Virus record (IMG/VR): IMGVR_UViG_3300035670_010029 | DNA: 64,000 nt | From: a virus | Strand: one strand, 5' to 3' | In this document: positions 1 to 7,674 of the stretch, piece by piece | Position numbering within the stretch: the stretch's first letter is position 1 | How the letters are laid out: each line of letters opens with the position of its first letter | Translations under genes and position numbers: made by a program | The notes under the pieces: generated by a model | What the model was told of the DNA's origin: nothing | The model's input: only the letters and a program-made list of their open reading frames with translations | Databases searched by the model: none

Positions 1-1
1 T

Positions 2-463
2 ATAGCGCAAGCTATCATGACTGCTGACTGGAAATGGGATAAAGATAGAACTGGACACGAAGGTAAATCAAAGACGAAGTACTCATATAGGAACCAGTGC
101 GCAATATGGGCAATACAAACATATATAACTAACAAGTACAAGAAAAAGAATATGTCTTTGTCTCTTGATTCTTCGTATGATAACTCAGAAGAAGTTTCCT
201 CTTTTGCTGCTAGCATTCCAGACAAGGAAGAGTATGATCCAGCGATTATTGCAGAACAAAACGAGGAAGAGAATAATCTACAGTCCATGATTAAAAATAT
301 TTTAGAATCTGATATCTTATCAGACAAGCAAAGAGATCAAATATATAGTTATTATTTTGATAATAAGACTTTACTACAAATAGGCAAAGAGTATGGCGTC
401 ACAAGAGAAGCCATAAGACAAAATATTCAAAAAGGACTATCAAAGATAAGAGCATATGCATGA
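2..463 (+). CDS. Phage-encoded RNA polymerase sigma-70 family factor (5'-truncated by window edge)
   Basis: Frame is open from position 2 (IAQAIM...). Region-2-like AIMTADWKWD...KYSYRNQCAIWAI, region-3 SLSLD, and region-4 HTH KTLLQIGKEYGVTREAIRQNIQKGLSKIR. Confidence 0.85.
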   Translation: MAQAIMTADWKWDKDRTGHEGKSKTKYSYRNQCAIWAIQTYITNKYKKKNMSLSLDSSYDNSEEVSSFAASIPDKEEYDPAIIAEQNEEENNLQSMIKNILESDILSDKQRDQIYSYYFDNKTLLQIGKEYGVTREAIRQNIQKGLSKIRAYA

Positions 464-812
464 TATATATATCAATGTCGTTGCCAGCATGATTGATGCG
501 GTGACGTACTCAAGATTTTTCATATCGGCAGATGAACAAAGGTATGTCTGTCCTAAATTTTTACTACCTAATACTACCATAAAAATGACTGATATTATCG
601 TAGACTTTTTAAGACAGCATACCAATGTTGAAAAACCAGAAACACTCTATTATGTTTTGCTAAATGTAAAAAAGACAACAGAAACAGAACTTGATATAGT
701 ATACAATGTTCAATTGCCATCCGATACCAAAATATTATCGTCGTATTATTTAACATCCTATAACATATCAGTAATAAATCCATATGTTAGAAAAGCTATT
801 CAATATATTTAG
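456..812 (+). CDS. Hypothetical protein (possibly degenerate Nudix-like fold)
   Basis: 118-aa ORF overlapping the sigma stop; weak resemblance to a Nudix box without the catalytic glutamates. Confidence 0.6.
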   Translation: MHDIYINVVASMIDAVTYSRFFISADEQRYVCPKFLLPNTTIKMTDIIVDFLRQHTNVEKPETLYYVLLNVKKTTETELDIVYNVQLPSDTKILSSYYLTSYNISVINPYVRKAIQYI

Positions 813-1200
813 ATTCAAAAAATCTAAACCTAAAAAACCAGAATTACCACCAGACACAAGTCATGTGTGCAAACTAGAGTTTGGCATTAATAAAGATGGT
901 ACAGTAGACATCACATGCTATTGGCCTGAATTCTCAGAGAGTAGCTCAACCTCTATTATAAATATAGCTTATTTTTATGCTTTAGCTATACACGCGATCA
1001 ATAACGGTCTTTTAGAAAAAGAAATATTAGACACTTTACAAAAAAATTCTACATATGATGAATATGATACTCTTTTTGCTCATAATGTCGTATACAAGCT
1101 ATATGAATTAGAAAAACAAAAAAAATATCGTAATGGTGACATATCCAAAGATCCTCTAGTATTTCCTTTGGACGTATTTAAAAATATGAGTCATCAATAG
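784..1200 (+). CDS. Hypothetical protein
   Basis: 138-aa ORF in a tightly packed + strand gene run. Confidence 0.7.
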   Translation: MLEKLFNIFRFKKSKPKKPELPPDTSHVCKLEFGINKDGTVDITCYWPEFSESSSTSIINIAYFYALAIHAINNGLLEKEILDTLQKNSTYDEYDTLFAHNVVYKLYELEKQKKYRNGDISKDPLVFPLDVFKNMSHQ

Positions 1201-1229
1201 TAGACTTTGCTTACTGTTATTGATATTAT
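1201..1229 (+). promoter_or_regulatory. Sigma-70-type promoter, probably leaderless
   Basis: TAGACT (1201-1206), 17-nt spacer, TG-n-TATTAT (1224-1229); ATG at 1235; no Shine-Dalgarno. Confidence 0.55.
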
Positions 1230-1234
1230 ATGGC

Positions 1235-1687
1235 ATGGACGAATACAACCACAAACATTCTCTTGTCTGGCAAAAATGGGTCGATCCATTTGGGGGCGAT
1301 GATCTAGACACAATCAACATTCCTCCACCTAGCGATATTGGCGATTTTGATGATGATATAGGTATGTCAGATTTGGACGAATCAGAAATAGACCATATTG
1401 ATCAACCAATACATAAAAGTACCAAAGTTATTATGACTCCACTGGGTCTCATTCCATACAATGAAAATACAGCATCTAGCAAAATTTTTAATTTTTGGAC
1501 AGGACATACAAATTTTAATCTGTCTGCTCCTATTGTTGGTATCATTCAAGCATCTGACGGTGTAGAAGCTCTTGACGTATTTACTCGTTATAGATTCAGA
1601 ATAGCTATTGGTCAATTGTTTGATCCTGCCATGGTGATGTCTACAATTACGAGCAATGTTTATTCCTATCTACAAAAAGAAAAATAA
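1235..1687 (+). CDS. Hypothetical protein with acidic N-terminal region
   Basis: ORF track gives 1220..1687; ATG at 1235 preferred because it follows a promoter-like element. Confidence 0.75.
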   Translation: MDEYNHKHSLVWQKWVDPFGGDDLDTINIPPPSDIGDFDDDIGMSDLDESEIDHIDQPIHKSTKVIMTPLGLIPYNENTASSKIFNFWTGHTNFNLSAPIVGIIQASDGVEALDVFTRYRFRIAIGQLFDPAMVMSTITSNVYSYLQKEK

Positions 1688-1689
1688 AT

Positions 1690-2367
1690 ATGGTATCTAA
1701 TATAGATAGAGATAATGACATATACAATATTCATACTTTTGGTTTAGATACCAAAAATAGAGAAATTTATTTACATTCCTATATAGACACAGCAGAAGAA
1801 GAAGGCGTTGAGTATCGCCCAGCTATTATGTTTGAAAAAAATGTAAGATATCTCAATACTTTTGCTGACGATCCCATTTTAGTGCATATGCATTTACCGG
1901 GAGGTGTTTGGGAAGACTGTTTTGCAATGTTTGATACTATCACAACATCTAAATCTCCTATAGTTATATTGGCCTATGCTAAAGTAGAATCTGCTAGTAG
2001 CGTATTGCTACAAGCAGCACATCACAGAGTACTTATGCCCAATGCTCATGTTTTGATACATTACGGATCTTTAAGTATAGACAATGAACATAAAGCTGCT
2101 ATGAGCAGTTTAGCTTGGAGCGAAAAAGAGTCTCAGAAAATGATAGATATTTTTACAGAACGATGTGTTTACAGTCCGATGGCTAGTGTTAAGAATTGGA
2201 AAAAAATGATGGTTAGAAAACACATTCTCTCACAGTTGGCAAATAAGAGCGATTGGATATTAACATCCCACGAAGCCGTAGAATATGGTTTTGCTGACGG
2301 TGTATTAGGAGATAAGAATCATCCTAATATCGACAGCTTAAAACTATTTAAGAAAAAGAAAAAATGA
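1690..2367 (+). CDS. clpP: ClpP-like serine protease (S14 family)
   Basis: HMHLPGG; AKVESASSVLL (catalytic Ser); LIHYG (His); SDWILTSHEAVEYGFADGV (Asp and C-terminal signature). Confidence 0.88.
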   Translation: MVSNIDRDNDIYNIHTFGLDTKNREIYLHSYIDTAEEEGVEYRPAIMFEKNVRYLNTFADDPILVHMHLPGGVWEDCFAMFDTITTSKSPIVILAYAKVESASSVLLQAAHHRVLMPNAHVLIHYGSLSIDNEHKAAMSSLAWSEKESQKMIDIFTERCVYSPMASVKNWKKMMVRKHILSQLANKSDWILTSHEAVEYGFADGVLGDKNHPNIDSLKLFKKKKK

Positions 2368-3041
2368 AGCTATTAGAATACGGTTACTATGATTTTGCTA
2401 GCAATGAGCACGAAACCAAAGAATATATTACTAAAGCAATAAAGTATAAGCCAAACAGCATATTTGTATTACCGTACTATGCTAAACTTTCAAAAAATGT
2501 CCTAAAAGACACATTAATAAATGTAGGCACCACTATCGACTACCCATTTGGGTTATCCGACTTTAAAAGCAGAAATATGGCTGTAGAAACAGCCATTAAA
2601 TCTGGTATTGATATCATAGAGATGATAGCACCAACAAATTTATTATGCAATAGAAAATACGATAAATTTAGAGACGACGTAAGTTACCATAGAGATTTAT
2701 GTGTAAATGCTGGTGTCGAACTGAGATACACATTAGATTATAGAGTATTTACCCTAGATTTACTATATAAGATTGCGCAAATCCTCGTAGGACATAGAAT
2801 ATATACTGTATATCCATCCAGCAACTACTTTTTAGATAATTTGTCCGACAATATCCTAGCATCCGCCCTGATTAATAAAAAAGTGGTCGATTTAAATATT
2901 GTTGTTAATGGTAATGCCTGGACCGACAAACACGTAGATTTACTACTAAGTCATAAACAAATTTATGGTTATAAAACCAATAATCTCTACATTTTAGAAA
3001 ACATTAGTCATAAAATACAACAGATTAATATAGAATCTTAG
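2364..3041 (+). CDS. DeoC (deoxyribose-phosphate aldolase)-like TIM barrel, catalytic lysines lost
   Basis: VGTTIDYPFG and AIKSGIDIIEMI match DeoC, but FVKTSTG reads TVYPSSN and VKASGG reads IVVNGN; 4-nt ATGA overlap with clpP. Confidence 0.75.
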   Translation: MKLLEYGYYDFASNEHETKEYITKAIKYKPNSIFVLPYYAKLSKNVLKDTLINVGTTIDYPFGLSDFKSRNMAVETAIKSGIDIIEMIAPTNLLCNRKYDKFRDDVSYHRDLCVNAGVELRYTLDYRVFTLDLLYKIAQILVGHRIYTVYPSSNYFLDNLSDNILASALINKKVVDLNIVVNGNAWTDKHVDLLLSHKQIYGYKTNNLYILENISHKIQQINIES

Positions 3042-3047
3042 CATTTT

Positions 3048-3056
3048 GGGGTATAG
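3048..3056 (+). promoter_or_regulatory. Candidate phage-specific promoter motif (GGGGTATAG)
   Basis: Variant of the GGTGTA motif recurring in intergenic gaps; 40 nt upstream of the ATG at 3096. Confidence 0.45.
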
Positions 3057-3095
3057 AAAAATGACTATTTCTCACTTTTAAATCTGGAGACCACA

Positions 3096-3644
3096 ATGGC
3101 TGCAATTCAACAAAATGGCTCTGCCGTAACAGGCACCTATTATTCTGGAACATCTACAAAAAATAATCATGGTACAGCCGTCAATGCTGGGGCTAAATCC
3201 ACACTACTAGACAATAAGGCTTTGGGTGGTTCCAACGTCGGCGTATTTGGTTCAACACCAAACGACGGAGATCATGCTGACAAGGCCGTATCAGCAGGTG
3301 AATTTGCTCACGACCATGTTAAGCCCATCACTATGAAGGTAACAAAGGATATTGCTGGTGTTGCCAGTGATGTTCTATCAACAACATCAAGTCGTCCCGG
3401 TTTGCGTCGTAGTATTCATAAACTAGAAGTTTTACGAACCAATAAGATTACTAGTGGCATACGAGCTAATAAATATAACAGATTTACTGGTAGTTGGGAT
3501 TCCGGATATCCTCAAGTTAGTGTTGATACACTAGCAGAAGATTCGGCAGCAAACCCATCACTAGATGTTCCTGGTCAATTAACCTACAAACTAGGTCAAC
3601 CAGTACCAGTTAGTGACAATGATTATAAAGCCAAGACCAATTGA
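3096..3644 (+). CDS. Hypothetical protein, probable abundant virion protein
   Basis: G/S/T/N-rich 182 aa; GGAG RBS; flanked by the promoter motif and a strong hairpin. Confidence 0.75.
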   Translation: MAAIQQNGSAVTGTYYSGTSTKNNHGTAVNAGAKSTLLDNKALGGSNVGVFGSTPNDGDHADKAVSAGEFAHDHVKPITMKVTKDIAGVASDVLSTTSSRPGLRRSIHKLEVLRTNKITSGIRANKYNRFTGSWDSGYPQVSVDTLAEDSAANPSLDVPGQLTYKLGQPVPVSDNDYKAKTN

Positions 3645-3676
3645 TCACACTATCAAAAATTTGTTTATGGTTCGCT

Positions 3677-3710
3677 CAAAGCCAATGATGCGAGAGTGTC
3701 GTTGGCTTTG
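3677..3710 (+). terminator. 15-bp stem-loop with GAGA (GNRA) tetraloop, probable intrinsic terminator
   Basis: caaagccaatgatgc-GAGA-gtgtcgttggctttg followed by ttcacttcct. Confidence 0.7.
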
Positions 3711-3747
3711 TTCACTTCCTAATCAATAGAAAGAGCAAAATACTACT

Positions 3748-4065
3748 ATGTCAGAAACTATTATACATTTCTGGGAAAGTGTTGCCAGTGCGGCAATTGG
3801 TATTATAGTTACTATGGCTGGTTTTTGGGTTATGATAGGAAGAAATATGGCCACAAAAGCAGAAGTTTTACATATGATAGAACATCAGAGCCCATATGTT
3901 CATGATCGTCAATTTATTATGGAAAGGCTGAATAGCGGAAAAGAAAGTCAACTAGCGTTCGCTACTGCTTTACAAAGAAATACAGAGGTAATGAACGAAC
4001 TTAAAATACAGATTGCAATGCTAAGCAAAACATTAGAAACACTAGAAGAAAGAATAGAGAGGTAA
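3748..4065 (+). CDS. Single-TM protein with C-terminal coiled coil
   Basis: Hydrophobic VASAAIGIIVTMAGFWVMIG followed by a heptad-like C-terminus. Confidence 0.7.
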   Translation: MSETIIHFWESVASAAIGIIVTMAGFWVMIGRNMATKAEVLHMIEHQSPYVHDRQFIMERLNSGKESQLAFATALQRNTEVMNELKIQIAMLSKTLETLEERIER

Positions 4066-4068
4066 TAA

Positions 4069-4263
4069 ATGGCTGCCGATATAACAAAAGCAAAAAATAG
4101 TAATCCTATAAAAAATGGTACCTTAGTAACAACCACCTCCGTTCCAGGTTTTTATAGTCAGTCTGATCTTTATGTAAAAAACACTCCAACTATTAGTGAT
4201 ATTCAGACTAAGTATGATGAAAGATTCGATGATCCTAGCTATTATCATGGTAATAATACATAG
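4069..4263 (+). CDS. Small hypothetical protein
   Basis: 64 aa; GAGG RBS upstream. Confidence 0.65.
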   Translation: MAADITKAKNSNPIKNGTLVTTTSVPGFYSQSDLYVKNTPTISDIQTKYDERFDDPSYYHGNNT

Positions 4264-4275
4264 GGGGCTTAATAA

Positions 4276-4626
4276 ATGAAACCAGGTTATCGCACAACAG
4301 AATTTTGGTTTACATTAGTTAGCTTTGTTTTTAGTGGTTTATATTTAATTGGAATAATAGGAGATCCATCACAAAAAGAAGAACTAATTTCCACAGTCAG
4401 TCATGCAGTAGAATCGTGTATATTAATAGGAGGACAATTTGTTATTCTATATAAGTATATAAACAGTAGAAATCAAGAAAAATTAGTCCATGACACCAAA
4501 CCCCAGGCTCCTATAATAGATAAGGAGAAAACAAATGACAAACCACGAACTAATAAAAAACGAACTAGAAAAACTAATCAACCAAGCAAAAGAAAGCCTA
4601 GCAGCCGTAAAAAGACTAGCAGTTAA
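4276..4626 (+). CDS. Putative holin-like membrane protein
   Basis: N-terminal KPGYRTTEFW motif typical of small phage membrane proteins; two hydrophobic segments; very basic C-tail. Confidence 0.55.
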   Translation: MKPGYRTTEFWFTLVSFVFSGLYLIGIIGDPSQKEELISTVSHAVESCILIGGQFVILYKYINSRNQEKLVHDTKPQAPIIDKEKTNDKPRTNKKRTRKTNQPSKRKPSSRKKTSS

Positions 4627-4963
4627 CGAAGCTTGGAAGATATTACAAATTACAACAGCCAGCGTAGTACAAATTTTGGAAAAGTCCGCTTCAGACCTAA
4701 CAGGGCCAGAGAAAAAAGAATTGGCTATGAATCTCATATCAGAGTTTTATGACAAAGTTTTTCTGATTGTCGATGTTCCATTTGTTCCAAATGCCCTAGA
4801 ACCATTTTTACACAAGTATATCAAAGGGTTTTTAATGGTTTTAGTTAGCGCTAGCATAGACGCCTTGGTTACAACATTCAGACAAGTTGGTGTTTTTATC
4901 AAAAAGAAAATAGATCAAAATCCATTTGACCCAACAGTAGTTAATGTATCATATATTAAATAA
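4535..4963 (+). CDS. Hypothetical protein with holin-associated G-x-EKK motif
   Basis: AAGGAG RBS; LTGPEKKELA motif; hydrophobic C-terminal helix; overlaps the upstream ORF by 92 nt. Confidence 0.65.
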   Translation: MTNHELIKNELEKLINQAKESLAAVKRLAVNEAWKILQITTASVVQILEKSASDLTGPEKKELAMNLISEFYDKVFLIVDVPFVPNALEPFLHKYIKGFLMVLVSASIDALVTTFRQVGVFIKKKIDQNPFDPTVVNVSYIK

Positions 4964-4974
4964 GAGAGGATAAA

Positions 4975-5352
4975 ATGAACTTTACAGAGAGTTTCAGTGA
5001 ATTTAGTAGTCGATTAGGGCCAACGGATTTAGCTCTATACGCTGGTGCTGGATTGGTATTATGGGTGTTGTTTAAGGATAAGCTTAGCCCAGTACAAAAG
5101 GTTGTTATAGATTTTGTTAATAAATTAAAGAACAAAACCCCAAAAGTTACACCAACCCCAATAGTTGCAACAGAACAGCCTCATGGTCAAAATGAGCCAA
5201 ATTTATTTTTTGATCTTGTAGTCTCTTGGAAGCAAACAAGAGATTTAGCAGAACGTAGCGGTTGCCAAAAGGCTGTTGAAGTGGCTGATCAAATGTTTCC
5301 GTATTTATCTCCTATGGTTTGTGATCAAAAGGTAGTATCAGATGAAAAATAA
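4975..5352 (+). CDS. Single-TM hypothetical protein
   Basis: LALYAGAGLVLWVLF helix; GAGG RBS. Confidence 0.7.
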   Translation: MNFTESFSEFSSRLGPTDLALYAGAGLVLWVLFKDKLSPVQKVVIDFVNKLKNKTPKVTPTPIVATEQPHGQNEPNLFFDLVVSWKQTRDLAERSGCQKAVEVADQMFPYLSPMVCDQKVVSDEK

Positions 5353-5842
5353 TAGTTTGCTAATTTTAGGTATAGGTCTTTTACTTTTCGGATTTTTAGG
5401 AAATGTAGACTGGACTTCTGTATCTCCTATTAATAATGCTGTTCAGCTAGAAAGTTATGTCGTTGATCCTCCTAGTGATCCAGAAATATTAAAGCAGTGT
5501 GATATTGTTATAGAAATATTTAAAGCTTTTAATGACTCTACTAAAAAAAGAGACGCACTAAAACTTTCTGCTTTATACAATGATATCGCTACTCTAATAG
5601 AGCTAGATGGAGAAAATACTATTATCAAGGATACCAATGCTGTTCGCAAAGCCAATAGTTTGTCTGGTCAAATGTTGAGACTAGACATTAAGGATAAATA
5701 TCCGGGATTAGCTCAAGCTAATCAAAACGTTATTAATGTCGCCATAGGCAATGACGATGTTTTATTAGATGCAGAAAACAGAGCTAAAGCATCACAAGCG
5801 TTCAGAGCATTAAGTTGGGCTTGCTATGAGGGTAGTAAATAA
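5342..5842 (+). CDS. N-terminally anchored or exported hypothetical protein
   Basis: Signal/TM segment LLILGIGLLLFGFLG followed by a helical domain; coupled to the peptidase gene. Confidence 0.7.
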   Translation: MKNNSLLILGIGLLLFGFLGNVDWTSVSPINNAVQLESYVVDPPSDPEILKQCDIVIEIFKAFNDSTKKRDALKLSALYNDIATLIELDGENTIIKDTNAVRKANSLSGQMLRLDIKDKYPGLAQANQNVINVAIGNDDVLLDAENRAKASQAFRALSWACYEGSK

Positions 5843-6768
5843 TGCCGCGTTTAACACCTAATGATCTATATAATCAGTATCGAAAAGGTTTTGCTGGATG
5901 CATATGGGAAGGACACATATTTGATCAGCTAATGCAAAATTCCAAATATGCATTATTTGGTGATGGAGCCAAAACCATAAAAAATAGTGGCAAAGGCAAA
6001 CTATCCTTACCGTACAAGTCTGTATTAAAATTTGATAAAAACCCATATAACGAAAGACAAACAGTAGGAGACTGTGTTTCGCACGGCACCCGTAATGCTT
6101 GCGATATTAGTAGGGCAGTAGAAATAGACATTAAAGGACAAAAAGAAAGCTGGATAACAAGAGGTGCCACAGAAGCGATTTATGGAGCCAGAGGGCACGG
6201 TGGAGAAGGCATGAGTTGCTCTAGAGCCGCTGAATTTGTTAGCAAAACAGGAGGTATTGTTTTACGCAAAAATTATCCTGGGATTGCTGATTTTAGTAAG
6301 TATAATGGAAGTTTAGGAGCAGGATGGGGAGGTCGCGGTCTTCCAGATAAAGTAATTGATTTAGCTGATAATCATCAAATTAAAACAGTTTCATTAGTGC
6401 GTACTGTAACAGAAGCTAGGGATGCTTTAGCTAATGGATATGGTATAGCGGTATGCTCGAATTATGGTTTCAGCAATAAAAGAGACAGTAAAGGATTTGC
6501 AAGAGTATCTGGTAGTTGGGCTCATTGTATGGCATGGATTGCTTGCGATGACACCAATGGAGAACCAGCTTTTCTTGTTCAAAATAGCTGGGGCAAATGG
6601 AATGACGGAGGACACCCTGAATGGGGTCCCATACCAGATGGTTCTTTTTTAATTCACGCTGACGCTGCTGAGGGTATGTTAAAACAAAACGGCTCATATG
6701 CTTTTAGTGATTTTGATGGATTTCCTCCTCAAAAACTGCCTAATTATGGTTTTGTAGACTACCTATAG
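5842..6768 (+). CDS. Papain-like (C1 family) cysteine peptidase
   Basis: RQTVGDCVSHG (oxyanion Gln, catalytic Cys), WAHCM (His), QNSWG (Asn). Confidence 0.85.
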   Translation: MPRLTPNDLYNQYRKGFAGCIWEGHIFDQLMQNSKYALFGDGAKTIKNSGKGKLSLPYKSVLKFDKNPYNERQTVGDCVSHGTRNACDISRAVEIDIKGQKESWITRGATEAIYGARGHGGEGMSCSRAAEFVSKTGGIVLRKNYPGIADFSKYNGSLGAGWGGRGLPDKVIDLADNHQIKTVSLVRTVTEARDALANGYGIAVCSNYGFSNKRDSKGFARVSGSWAHCMAWIACDDTNGEPAFLVQNSWGKWNDGGHPEWGPIPDGSFLIHADAAEGMLKQNGSYAFSDFDGFPPQKLPNYGFVDYL

Positions 6769-6775
6769 TACAGCA

Positions 6776-6784
6776 GGTGTATAG
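6776..6784 (+). promoter_or_regulatory. Candidate phage-specific promoter motif (GGTGTATAG)
   Basis: In the intergenic gap upstream of the structural gene at 6828. Confidence 0.5.
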
Positions 6785-6827
6785 AATACAGTAATGACTA
6801 AGCAAATACCACGAAAGGATATTAATA

Positions 6828-7661
6828 ATGGCTGATCGTAAAATATCTGAATTACCATTCGCACAAAAAGTATTCGATGGCGATTTACTCGTTGCTGTCA
6901 CAGGATACGGACAAAGAACTAACCCTAATGATATAAATAGCGACTACGTGTCTTATATCACCACTAAGATACCGGTTTCTGGTTTTATGGCTCATGCTGT
7001 TAGAGTTAATGAACTAGTAAATGGCGGTACCGGTATTATGGTTGTTCCAGATATTAATAATACTGATCCTAATAATGCCACACCTAACACAATTCAATTA
7101 AACGTTACTGGCGTGGCAATGAAAACACACTATCACACAGTATCAGACATTACCAACTTTGCATCCGGCGTAAGTGGACAAATACAACAAATTATCAGAT
7201 TCCAAACATCAGACCTAGCCTGCTTAGACAACTCAGATACCGAAAGTACTGATCTTAGAATACCTCTAGCTGCTAATTCTATGTATTTATGTGAACTAGG
7301 TACAATATTTGTAAATAATGAAACTGGTTCTGTTATTTCAGGGCTTATCAATGTCACCGGTGATATGAGTGTTAATTATCCAACTCAAATGTATGGAACA
7401 TGGAATAGACTTGGTTTTGACACCAATACTTATCCTTTACACAACTCTTCGGATAATGTTTCTGATTATGGAGTACTAGTAGATGCTTTAGATTCTACAC
7501 AAGTAAATAATCCATTAACCGTAGTCAATAAGTTTACTATTGAAACTACAAGCAATGAAGCAGATACTATCTCTTTTGTTTTTACAACCAATAGTACAAA
7601 CCCAGCAACATCTGGAGTACTCAAAAAGGGTAGTTGGCTCAAAGCAGAAAAAATTATCTAA
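6828..7661 (+). CDS. Putative virion/tail-fibre-type protein
   Basis: N-terminal MADRKISELP motif common in phage fibre proteins; HYHTVSDITNF motif; paralogous ends with the next ORF. Confidence 0.65.
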   Translation: MADRKISELPFAQKVFDGDLLVAVTGYGQRTNPNDINSDYVSYITTKIPVSGFMAHAVRVNELVNGGTGIMVVPDINNTDPNNATPNTIQLNVTGVAMKTHYHTVSDITNFASGVSGQIQQIIRFQTSDLACLDNSDTESTDLRIPLAANSMYLCELGTIFVNNETGSVISGLINVTGDMSVNYPTQMYGTWNRLGFDTNTYPLHNSSDNVSDYGVLVDALDSTQVNNPLTVVNKFTIETTSNEADTISFVFTTNSTNPATSGVLKKGSWLKAEKII

Positions 7662-7674
7662 TTAGGAGCTATCT

